A stretch of DNA of 52,165 bases, filler included, from Dirinaria sp. TL-2023a (taxonomy: Eukaryota), in the NCBI GenBank assembly GCA_051941275.1. It is 3 parts of 3 records of this genome, joined end to end, with 100 filler letters (N's around TTAATTAATTAA, not from the genome) between each part and the next. Parts side by side here need not be neighbours in the genome. Positions count along the whole stretch, not along the records: positions 17,441 to 34,769 come from JAVEBF010000436.1; 2 more parts are not named here. The stretch is one strand, 5' to 3'. The stretch's first letter is position 1. Each line of letters opens with the position of its first letter. Shown in pieces: positions 23,501-33,060 of the stretch. Made by a program: the position numbers and the translations under genes. The notes beneath the pieces are model-generated. The model was not told where the DNA came from, ran no database searches, and worked only from the letters and a program-made list of their open reading frames with translations.

Positions 23501-24687
23501 AACTCGCTCCGTCCTCTTCGAGCACTTCCAGAATACTTCTCTGTTAAAAGCGCTGGGGTCTTTTTCCAATATCGCAAGTGCAACATCAATTCCACGGCAA
23601 AGCGCTGTCGATATTACGTAGCCATCATTCTGCACGTACTGGTCGTTTGAGAAAGCCTCATAGCGCTTCAGCAGACCTGCGTCATTGATGAACAAGCCAG
23701 CATCAGTCATTGGATAAGAGTCTTTGAGCTCTTGTAGTTGGCATAAGAGGCTGATTAAATTCTTTTTACCAGGAGCGCCTGCTGCAGTCAACCATTTTCT
23801 TGCAGAGTTGAGTTGTTGGCGACTGTCTTCGGATTGGTCCAATACATGCAATACGTGAGCAAGTCTCAGTCGGACCTTGCCAATGATGAGCCAGATCGGT
23901 TCGCGTCCTACATGTATAGAGCAAGCTTCCAGTAAGGATCTACACGCACTCAATTGATCCTTTGAGTTGGGACATATTCCTAACTCTGTGTCTAGAATCG
24001 CGCGAGCCTCTGATAATCGGCGGCTTTTGAGCAAGTACTCTCGAAATAACGTTAAGCTAGTAGAAGCCTTCTCCTTTGATCCTAAAGGAATACTTTGAAA
24101 GAAGTCAAAATCGAAGTTTGTTGTGACGTTCTTGAGATTCAGAATCAAATGGTAATAGCGGACAAGACACTGGGTCTGCGAGGATATATCAGCATGCACA
24201 TTGACGGCAGTATCCAAATTATATATACCTGGACATCTGTGTACTCGTGGATTGGTACGTTAGTCAGCCAGTCTCTAAGTTCCCTCATAGCGTCTCGAGC
24301 TACTGTCAAATTGCCTTCAGTGAAGAGTTGTGCAGTGCCATAGCAGAGACGAAGCAATAAGTATATCCCCGAGTCTTGGAATAGTCGTCGAAAGCCATCT
24401 GCCGCAGCCAATCCTTCCTGGAGTATCTCTGCGCTCTTGGAATGTGACCATTGCATCCAGTACGCCTGATTATGCTGGTAAGCAATGACTGGATGGTGGC
24501 CCAACTCTGCATTAAAAGATTTGAAAATTGCAATGGCGGGCTCGAAGTCTCGCAACCAGCAGCAAAGGATTGCTTCCTCCAACCGATCGACGACCTCAGG
24601 CTCTAGGGTGTGATATAGAGAACGGAGATCCCCATACTGGAACTCCCGTACGTCCAAGGGTCCCGGCGGATCTATAGGAGGCTTCAT
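20558..24687 (-). CDS. CHAT-domain (caspase/HetF-like, clan CD) cysteine protease with long alpha-helical (TPR-like) N-terminal region, ~1358 aa; exons 24687-24229 and 24175-20558
   Basis: C-terminal CHAT motifs: LVFSACGNLHRIPLHAL, RNPIVYCSSLS, ILHYHGHA (His codon 21067-21065), LTLREI, TLLGCGSG (Cys codon 20941-20939), GLVPALFHAGAASTVSSLW, LAIANQRAML, YHWAGFVLNG. The 53-nt intron 24228-24176 (GTATAT...GCTGAT...GCAG) joins YTDVQ|TQCLVRYY. The start codon is inferred. Confidence 0.88.
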
Positions 24688-26010
24688 TTCCCTGGCTGGG
24701 TGCACGGTGAGCTGAAGTCGAAAAATCTGCGCATAACAAGTGAAGGAGCTACAGCTATGATAAGTGTTAGTGTAGGTTTATCTCAAACTCAGCGAGCCTA
24801 ACCGACTAAACCAAATTGTCTCGAGCAAGGCGCTATCGAATAGTAATTATTATCAGTCGAGCATTAACCTGTTAGCTGGCTGTGGCAAAAGGTATCAAAC
24901 ACCATTGTAATTCCGATTGTTGTGGTTGCGTGCGCGACGACTCAAGGCTGTATCAATTAGGGTTCGTAAATGGTGCATGATCAAAGTGAAAAGGTATGAT
25001 CACAGGATTTGTCTACCTACACTATAGCTTAGCAGCAGCTCTGAAGGGGATTCCTTCAGTCAACCCTCTGGTGCATATCTGTCAGTTCCAAAGGTTCGAG
25101 ATGTGAGTGGATATCACACGTACGAAATGCCTGCCAAGAATATTGCGCTAGTCCCGACAGCCACTCGAAGTATTCTTTGTCAAAAAGTTGAAGAGCATTG
25201 CATGGCGGACCGAATACGAGTCACTGAATCCATTTCAATGCATGCGTGGGTGTGTCCGAAGACCTAGCATACGCACTATTCTCCGCTACTCAAGCCAGCG
25301 AAGGAGCCACAAGGTCTCCATGCCAATGGCCGAGAACGTCAGCAGTGCCTGAGGGTTGAGAGGAATAGCGGGATGCTAATCGCAACCCTCTTGGTGGGTG
25401 AGCTTTGATAAGATCACACTCACTTCCGCGAAAGGGACGATGATAGGATGTTGAGAAACTCACGGCGAAGACAAGTCAGCCTCCTCTGTTCGTCGTGTAT
25501 GTAAGTGGTCGAGCCCGCATTAGCCTGCATACCCTGCATGCCGCTTACAATTGCATGAATCTTTACGGCCGATACCTGTAGTCAGTGGGCGGGTGAAAAG
25601 AATACTTCCAGATCGCAATACTGTATTGATAGCGGAAGCACAATTTCGATGAAAGATGTTTGCAGGAAAGGAATCCAATTGCATTAATGGCGAAGTCGGA
25701 AATCTATCTCAGGCAAGCTTGATACTCCAACACGTCCGGGTATTCTCGGTACAGCCCTACGATAAGGCTGACATCTCTGCCATATGTGTTGGGAAGGCTT
25801 CGTCCAGTGTAGGAGCGATCTCCCGATGTGCTGTACGCCGAGGCCTGCGACTGCATCTCCGGCAGCCAGCTGCATATCACCTACATGCACAAGTCTAGGC
25901 TTCTAAAGTCTTCCCATTTGTCGAACTAGACATTGCAAAGAGCCCCATATAACGCTCTGGTATTGACCGTGAAAGGGCCACCCCGAGACCGCTTGACTCG
26001 TTGAAAATCA

Positions 26011-26901
26011 ATGGAGCGCACAAGCAACGTGGTGTACGAGCCTGACCTTGAAATCGACCTAGGCCTCGAGCTAGAGACAGCCGGAAACGACGAGCTGTTC
26101 AGCTTTCACAGCAAAGAAGAGGTCGAGCCTGACAAGAAATATCGCCCATCCGAGCAACAATTGATTCAAGAAGGCAAATTGGGGGGATCCGATCTTTCAG
26201 CGCGTATCAAGAAAGCCACATTTGGTAGTTTTAATGGACAGCCTGCTTGCCTCATCCTCATTCGCGTCGACTTCTGTCCCAAGGGCGGTTCGAGAAGCTG
26301 GTTCAGGTTTCGCAGTGCCACTATCCAAGCAGACTTTAGTGATCTCGATGCAGTTGACAATGAGGAGACATCAGAGGCTAGTGAGGAGGAAGATGAAGAG
26401 GAAAGCGCTTGTCCGTTGGTGCTCCGACTATACCCTGAACTTATCCGTGGCCATGTTCAAACCGCGGCGAATAAGTACAACATCAAAGGCTACGTAGAGC
26501 CTGCTGGGGTTGGCGCAGGGGCAGAGATAGGCGCTGAGAAAACTTTCCTAAGTGAAGGGTTGCACCTTGTCCACGGTCGCTTGGTCGGCGATCCCGAGAC
26601 GGGCGCAAAATGGTCCATGACTGAGAATGAGGTTAGTAGAAGTGGGATCTATGAACAGCCGATATTTGCAGTCATCGTACGACATGAACCGGAGAAAGGC
26701 TTTGCTATGAAGCTCCGCATCAAAGCGATCACGTACGGAGGCTTGGCAGTGAAAGGGCAGAAAAAGCCTCGGATTACCTTTAAGAGACGTTCTCTATCGG
26801 ACACGGAGGTCTTGGATAATGTTGATTTGGAAGAGTTGACGGAAATGAGAGCTAAGCTATTAGGCAAGGAAGGGCCTGGTGGAGGGAGGCCGGCTACTTA
26901 A
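26011..26901 (+). CDS. Uncharacterised 296-aa predominantly beta-strand protein, divergent from the CHAT gene; candidate protease substrate/effector
   Basis: Intronless ORF with ATG in good context (tcaATGg) and protein-like composition. Strand-like blocks: GSFNGQPACLILIRVDF, RFRSATIQADF, PLVLRLYP, AKWSMTENEVSRSGI, IFAVIVRH, FAMKLRIKA. It also has an acidic loop and a Gly-rich central hairpin, and no signal peptide. Confidence 0.8.
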   Translation: MERTSNVVYEPDLEIDLGLELETAGNDELFSFHSKEEVEPDKKYRPSEQQLIQEGKLGGSDLSARIKKATFGSFNGQPACLILIRVDFCPKGGSRSWFRFRSATIQADFSDLDAVDNEETSEASEEEDEEESACPLVLRLYPELIRGHVQTAANKYNIKGYVEPAGVGAGAEIGAEKTFLSEGLHLVHGRLVGDPETGAKWSMTENEVSRSGIYEQPIFAVIVRHEPEKGFAMKLRIKAITYGGLAVKGQKKPRITFKRRSLSDTEVLDNVDLEELTEMRAKLLGKEGPGGGRPAT

Positions 26902-28364
26902 CTAGGTTATAGGGCTTGAAAGCGAAATCTCGTCGCTAGTCGATAGGAAAAGCTGTTCATGCAGCTTCCCCAGATTTGTTTCTACAGCTTCAATCTCCTC
27001 ATAAAGAATTTACTACAAATCGTTGTATGTGAGTCAGCGCTAAAGCCCCGTCCTACCCTTTTTTGGAGCTCTACTATGCGCTAGAAGTGTTCAAGCCTTA
27101 AAGCTTAGAGTTTTTGGAGTATAGAGAGCATTGGATCAACGGATTAGCGACGTGGAACAGAAGTGACCGGATATTGAACATGGGGTTGAAAATCTTGCAA
27201 GAAGTCCCTATGATGACTCGTTTTGATTGATCTAGCATGCGCTTGAGCCTATGCGTTATATCGTGATGATCTCGTCAAACGGTCAATTCTCCACAAGAAT
27301 AGCTCATCAGCCAAGGCCATGACTTGCACGTCTTGTCGACGAAAAGCGTGCCAAAATACAGATGCGAACACTTATAGAGGACCTCCTAGATCACAAGGAT
27401 AACCTAGATGCGAAGTAGGACATCGGCGTCGTGATCATTATCACAGACACCGAATGGAGTTAAGCTTGCAAGGCATTCTTCTTGCATCCCCAACCGCGAC
27501 AGACCGACAAGATTCATGAACGATAGGCCCGAATTTTTGAAGGTCAAAAATGTCTTACCAAAGACAACTGGCGCCATCTATGGTGTCAGTGATTTGTGAC
27601 ATCCGTTTTACAGCCCCACCGGATGACGATATCCTCCTCATAGCCGGCGGAGCCCAATCAGCATCAGCTTGCCCATGGGTCCATATGCTTCCAGGTAGCC
27701 GCGTGCGAGCTCGCTGCGAGGCGCTTCTGTCGGGTCTGAATATCCATAGCAGCCGAGAAGACATCAGGTCTGTCTATCATGCTGTCAAAGACAGTCCGTT
27801 TCGCTTCGAGATTGTTGTTGGCCTTTAAAATTGCCATCTAGGCAAGTTTGGAATTCGAATCCTGCTGAAGGGTTGTTGAGGAGGTCTTATACATTGGGAC
27901 AAACAAATGGTAAGGAAATTTGTTAATAAGCAGCTCAAGGTGATATTTTGTCAGCTTGGCATTAAATCAGGCATTGCCCGTTGTCCACTCTGAGAAAAGA
28001 TTAGGCGAAAACAAAATGCGATCCCAGTCAATGTTCTGCAGCCGATAATCCGATATGGTTGCATGGCGTGTTGCCATCATTGGAAGAAAGGGGATGCGCT
28101 CAAAGGCTTTAAGCAGAGTTCAAGCCCAAAATCGAATTATTGATGTCGCCTTGCGATAGGTCAAGCAGAGGCTTTGCGCGTACCGTTCCCAAGCACAGCG
28201 GATTGGTTTTGAGACGACCAGGCGAATTTCTTGTGCGATGGCGCTCGAGCCACCAGTTTCGAGGAGATACATAATGCAAAGCTCGCGCTTGGACCAGATG
28301 TTGCTCGAGGAAGATTCAAATGAGGGTCCCGATTGTCACGACACAAATCAAAGACCTTGGTGCT

Positions 28365-29094
28365 TTAGACACTAGGCGTTGGAGGCAACCAAGACCAGGT
28401 AACTTGGGTTCTGCCAAGAGCGGGATCTGCTAGCTGTTTGAAAGCTCCAGGGCTGACATCAATGTCACTAGCTTGGCAGCCTACACCTAAAGCCGTAGTC
28501 AGCACAATGTGTCCCAAAACAGGGAAAAGCAAGGCTGTTACATCGATCTACAACTGTCAAATCTATGCTTTTGCCTTCGCGAGAAGCCCTAATCTTGTGC
28601 TTGCATAAAGGATTCGCGTTTGGGTCAGATCCTGAAGCTGCTGCGTCGAAGGTGATATGGCTGATAGAAACAATGTCATCGTTAGCAGATGAGGTAATGC
28701 CGCAGGCGCCGAGGCCCGGTGAGTAGTATGTCAAATCGCCTGAATATGTCTGCGAGCCTAGTGGAAGATTTTGGTGACGGCTATACAGGGTCAATTATTA
28801 ATTGAACAAAATTCCAGAAATCGCAAGTGAAATCGCATACCTAGAGCGTCTGCTGAGCCCAATAGCAAGCCCAAGTATCAAGGCAATGACAGCACCAGAT
28901 ACTACGAACAATATAGCAAAGACAAATTTTCGTTTCAAACCACAGTATCTTCGTTGAGGCGGCATGTAGCGATCAATAAAGATTAGGGCCCGAGTTTTGA
29001 GGTTGGTCCATTGTTTGAGACTCGCGGTATTATTTTTACCCTCACGATGACTGTGTTCAGTATCAAAATCCGATTGACTGGATGCCATTTGCAT
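28365..29094 (-). CDS. Membrane-anchored RlpA-like double-psi beta-barrel (expansin-like/Asp f7-like) protein, ~204 aa; exons 29094-28841, 28780-28542, 28486-28365
   Basis: Spliced product has a TM segment (FVFAILFVVSGAVIALILGLAIGL) followed by SGDLTYYSPGLGACG...IVSISH..FD...NPLC...VVDRC|VGCQASDIDVSPGAF..LADPALGRTQVTWSW. Both introns are GT-AG with branch sites. Confidence 0.88.
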
Positions 29095-31485
29095 TTCGTC
29101 GTGCTTTGCTGTTGAGAAGGGAGCATAGCCATCGGACGCAGTCTCCAAGTATTATTGTTGAAATTGGGATCGACCAAAATTCTATCCCAAAAGAAATACG
29201 AAGCGGGCAGCGGACCAATTATACAATCCCGTTAAGCGCTCAGATCTGCATCCGAAGCTACCTCGGTCCGTTCCTTAGAGTGAGATGAGTCAGCAAATCG
29301 AGGCTCAAAGCTTTTTCTCGTGAGGTGCGCTGTTTTTCGCTTCAATAATCAGCTCCCCGCACTGTTTAAACCATAGATGAGCACCCACTTTCTTAAAGTT
29401 AGCAATGCTTGCAAAAACCCGTTTCCAATAATTAAAATTTCCCAGTGGTATTCTGATAGCACGCATATTTATGCCCTCAGCAGCCCTGAAACAGTAGACC
29501 AGAGTGTCTGCATCCTCAGAAAGCCCCCGCAATGCGCCAACAAGGCTGGAAACTCACCTGCACTTACGTGGCGGGGCGATGTAGAAGAAGTGTCATTGAT
29601 CATGTACGTAGCACAACCAAGAACTTCTTAACGTCATCGTGATACGATCAAGCTGGAATAATCTCTTTGAGTTAAATTTTCCTCTGCTGCGTTTTGCTTT
29701 GATCGTTTATTTACGAGTCCAGCCAGAGCAGCCTCGCGAAATGATGACGACTGAATCTAACATGAGCGGAATGGAGTATCTAGATCAGTTAAGGCACCCA
29801 ATCTCGTCTTTTAAATGTCTACGACCCTCTTCGCATCCAATGCACTCCTAGATAGTACCATAACGCTGCGGAGCTTAGGCGGTATTAAACATGAACCCTA
29901 TCATAGGGCTGAGCCGAGGTAATCAGCATTACCTAAACAGTTGCTCCCCTAGTTAGAGTATGGTAACGCAGGTCTACATCAATACTAGGAGTTACATCTT
30001 ACTTACAGACATTTTCTCGGATGTATGTTCCATTGTATAAATCTCAAGCACTTGATTCATGGTGGCTGACGGAGTATTCTGATCTACCTAGTAGCTTGCC
30101 AAGCCTTCGGTCGGGACAATCTAATCGGGCCGAAGCCGACACGCGCCTTATGACGCGAAGAATTGCGCGAGCTCGCTTACAGGTAAGTTTAGGAGTAACC
30201 AGAGTGAGTGAAGTTGATTGACTACGACAACTCTTGAACCCTTCGACATCATCATCTAGATAAGTGCTGAACGCAATTGTAGCTAGATACCAGCGTCCTT
30301 AGCTGTCTTTGGATGCTGAATTCAAATTCCAAAGGGAGCTAGAGAAGCTAAGACAAAGTCCAAAGCAATCAGCAATCAGTGGAGCGAGCTGCAGGCTGAC
30401 TAGCCGAGGGGACAAGTTCGTAAGTAATCGTCAATCTCATTTCCAACGATTGAGATTCCAATACGCAGGTTTTGAAATGCTAGCTCCCATCGTTAGGATT
30501 TTGATACGAGTCATCCAGGTCACCATTTCTTAATAGGGGAAATTTGCCGCGTCATACTGCAGCTCCTGAGTCCATTGGCCCTTCCCTCCTCTCTCCCACT
30601 TTGCCAGTTTTTCGCTCCTCAAGCTCTACATTAGCCGTCTCTCCCAACCTTGCTCGCGGTTTTCGCCAGGTCGCCAAGCTTCCACCAATCATCCTAGCTT
30701 TGCATCCAGCTTCACGACGCCTTGCATAAATCCTGGACACGCGGCCTCCCACGATCAAACGCTGTGTCGCGAAGGATAAGCGTTTCCGGTGCCAAGATCA
30801 GTTGAGCATTGTTGACAAGCGTGTTCGTTCTAGAACCACAAAGAGTGAGCCAAGTACCGTTTCCAAGCAGCAAAATCGCTGATCTATGAAAAACCAGACT
30901 CCGCCGAACTTGGTTCCTCGACGACTAGAACACGAGCCTTGACACCAATTCTACCCAATTCGCACTTCTCTCGATTCAATTGACTGCGAAAGAGCCTCCA
31001 GGATTCCAGCAATACAGGAGACTACCTCTGATCTTAGCATCCCAAGGCGGCCCCGCTACAATTCCTTTCCTTGAAAGCCCATGTTTGCTTGAGATACGTC
31101 TTGCCGCGTACTTCTATTTCAGGTCTTTCTTCATAATCAATCTGCTCATAGAGACTTCGGATTCGAAAAGCTGGAAACACGAGATACTGATCTTGCCCCT
31201 CGTTCAGTCACCTTGCAAGTATCTTCGCCTAGCGGACGAGCATCAACATCCAACCTAGCTTGCCCCACCTCCTACGTCAGGTCTCGCACCAGACAATCCT
31301 CTACCGCGAGCCGTAATCATCAAGAGCACTGGTGCTTAACACCTGCTAAAACCTACTGCCATCCTTCACAGTTCTCTCCCAAAGGTGGTATAACCTTCTT
31401 GAGTCGCCATTGTAATTGTAGCGAATGAGAACTTCACAGAAACAGACCCATGGTGAAGTAATCCGGATAATCCACGGGAAGCCAT

Positions 31486-33060
31486 ATGGGAAATAGTAAC
31501 AGCGACTCGGAGCCAGCTGAGCTTAATGCGGATGAATGCCCTGGTGATGCAAACTTGAAGCACGAGGAGGCTGACAGCTCAGACTGTCTCACTCGTGAAT
31601 CGATTGAAACTTGGCTACGTGGAACAGTTGATGTTAAGGTGAATGCATCCACTTCATCCAGACAGCGAAAACGTTCCAACTCTTCCATCGCTACTCCTTC
31701 TCCACCTCCAGAAATCAGTCAGTCATATCTAAACCTCAGGGAGATTGAATTCAAGATGCCTCCGAAAGCTAGCGGCAAGTTTCCTACAACGCCTTCCAAC
31801 ACCAAGATGGCAAAGTCCTCAACGAATGCGCCAGCTGCTCAAAACTTTATCCGGCAACGGTTAGCTCAACACAACATGTATCAAGGAGACGACGATTCTT
31901 TTGATAAGTATCCCGAATTCCAGACCTTAGTGCGTGAAATCGTGAAGGGCACACGGCATTCGGAGCCGAGACCTGATTCAGAAAAGAAATTCAAATTGGT
32001 ACGCAAACTCTTTCGAACATCAAACGAGTCGACATTGATGAACAATATCATTCCAATGTTTATCAAGGACAGCCGCGACATACCACTAGAATCTACTACC
32101 ACTGGGGGTCCTGCAACTGGAGCTTCGCAGGCAGAACCATTTTCGGCTGTTGCTGCGTCGTACCCCGAGCAGACCTGGGTAGTGAAGGACTACTTGGACT
32201 CAAATTGCATTCGTCTCACCAACGTCGATTTCTCTCGCGCGGGCGACTTCCTCCCTATAGATGAAGATTTAGCCAAGGCGATGAGCAAAGACAGTGATAA
32301 AGAAGAAGGTATGACAAATCCCAAGCCGGATTTTGTGTATGGTCTTAGTAGCGAGCTTTTGGCCCCGCCCAAGAACGTCAAAATCTCCGCGGATACACAA
32401 CGAATCCGGGAAATCGTTCCGCTCATGTTTGACTGCATGTTTCTCATTGAGGGAAAGAGCGATAGTGGAGAAGCAGCGCACTCAGAAAATCAGGCGTGCC
32501 GAGGTGGTGCAGCACTGGTAAATGCGGCGAGACAGTTGCGTGACAGGATTGGAGACTTAGACGTTGAGGGGGCCGATACCCGCACCTTCGTCTTTTCTGG
32601 CACTATGAGTCCAGACACTTTTCAAATCTGGGTCCATTGGGCAGATGTCAGTTGGGTTGAGGCGGACACTGGGGACGAAAAAGGGGGTAACCAGGATCAA
32701 GAGATGGGTAACCCGGATCAAGATATGGGTAGCCAGGGTCAAAAGGCGGGCGAGAATAAAGGTAGCCAGAAGGGAGGGAATGTCAAGAAAACCCTCAAAA
32801 AGCACGTCGACTATCACATGAACCTCCTAGAGAGTCAGCATTTAGCTTCCAATGACACCCTTAAAAATCTCCGCATGTATTGCCAGAACATCCTCGATTG
32901 GGGTTGCATCACTAAGTATAATAAAGAGCTGAAGCCCCTTTACGAGAGGATCTACGCCTGGGAGAAGAAACAGCAGACTCAGACTCCACAGGCTCAGTCT
33001 ACCCCTTCGAAAAGCCTCGGTTCCACACCCACGGGATCGAAGCGTCAGAAAACGGGATAG
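31486..33060 (+). CDS. Hypothetical 524-aa protein with PD-(D/E)xK restriction-endonuclease-like motif set and disordered termini
   Basis: Long intronless ORF with motifs PKPDFVYGL, FLIEGKSDSG, ENQACRGGAALV, FVFSGTM, QIWVHW, YHM, NILDWG. I recognise this pattern from a patchy fungal family of unknown function; nuclease activity is inference only. Confidence 0.7.
   Translation: MGNSNSDSEPAELNADECPGDANLKHEEADSSDCLTRESIETWLRGTVDVKVNASTSSRQRKRSNSSIATPSPPPEISQSYLNLREIEFKMPPKASGKFPTTPSNTKMAKSSTNAPAAQNFIRQRLAQHNMYQGDDDSFDKYPEFQTLVREIVKGTRHSEPRPDSEKKFKLVRKLFRTSNESTLMNNIIPMFIKDSRDIPLESTTTGGPATGASQAEPFSAVAASYPEQTWVVKDYLDSNCIRLTNVDFSRAGDFLPIDEDLAKAMSKDSDKEEGMTNPKPDFVYGLSSELLAPPKNVKISADTQRIREIVPLMFDCMFLIEGKSDSGEAAHSENQACRGGAALVNAARQLRDRIGDLDVEGADTRTFVFSGTMSPDTFQIWVHWADVSWVEADTGDEKGGNQDQEMGNPDQDMGSQGQKAGENKGSQKGGNVKKTLKKHVDYHMNLLESQHLASNDTLKNLRMYCQNILDWGCITKYNKELKPLYERIYAWEKKQQTQTPQAQSTPSKSLGSTPTGSKRQKTG
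32686..32748 (+). repeat. Three imperfect 21-nt in-frame tandem repeats (GNQDQEM/GNPDQDM/GSQGQKA) inside the PD-(D/E)xK-like ORF
   Basis: ggtaaccaggatcaagagatg ggtaacccggatcaagatatg ggtagccagggtcaaaaggcg. Confidence 0.8.

Noticed and set aside
26011..26901. Calling the CHAT partner a gasdermin
   Set aside because: Size and context fit, but the recognisable fungal gasdermin (HET-Q1/RCD-1) motifs are not visible, so it is left as an uncharacterised candidate effector.
27550..27828. 92-aa ORF downstream of the CHAT partner as a third system component
   Set aside because: Short, with no motif and an equally plausible antisense ORF; there is no evidence of coding.
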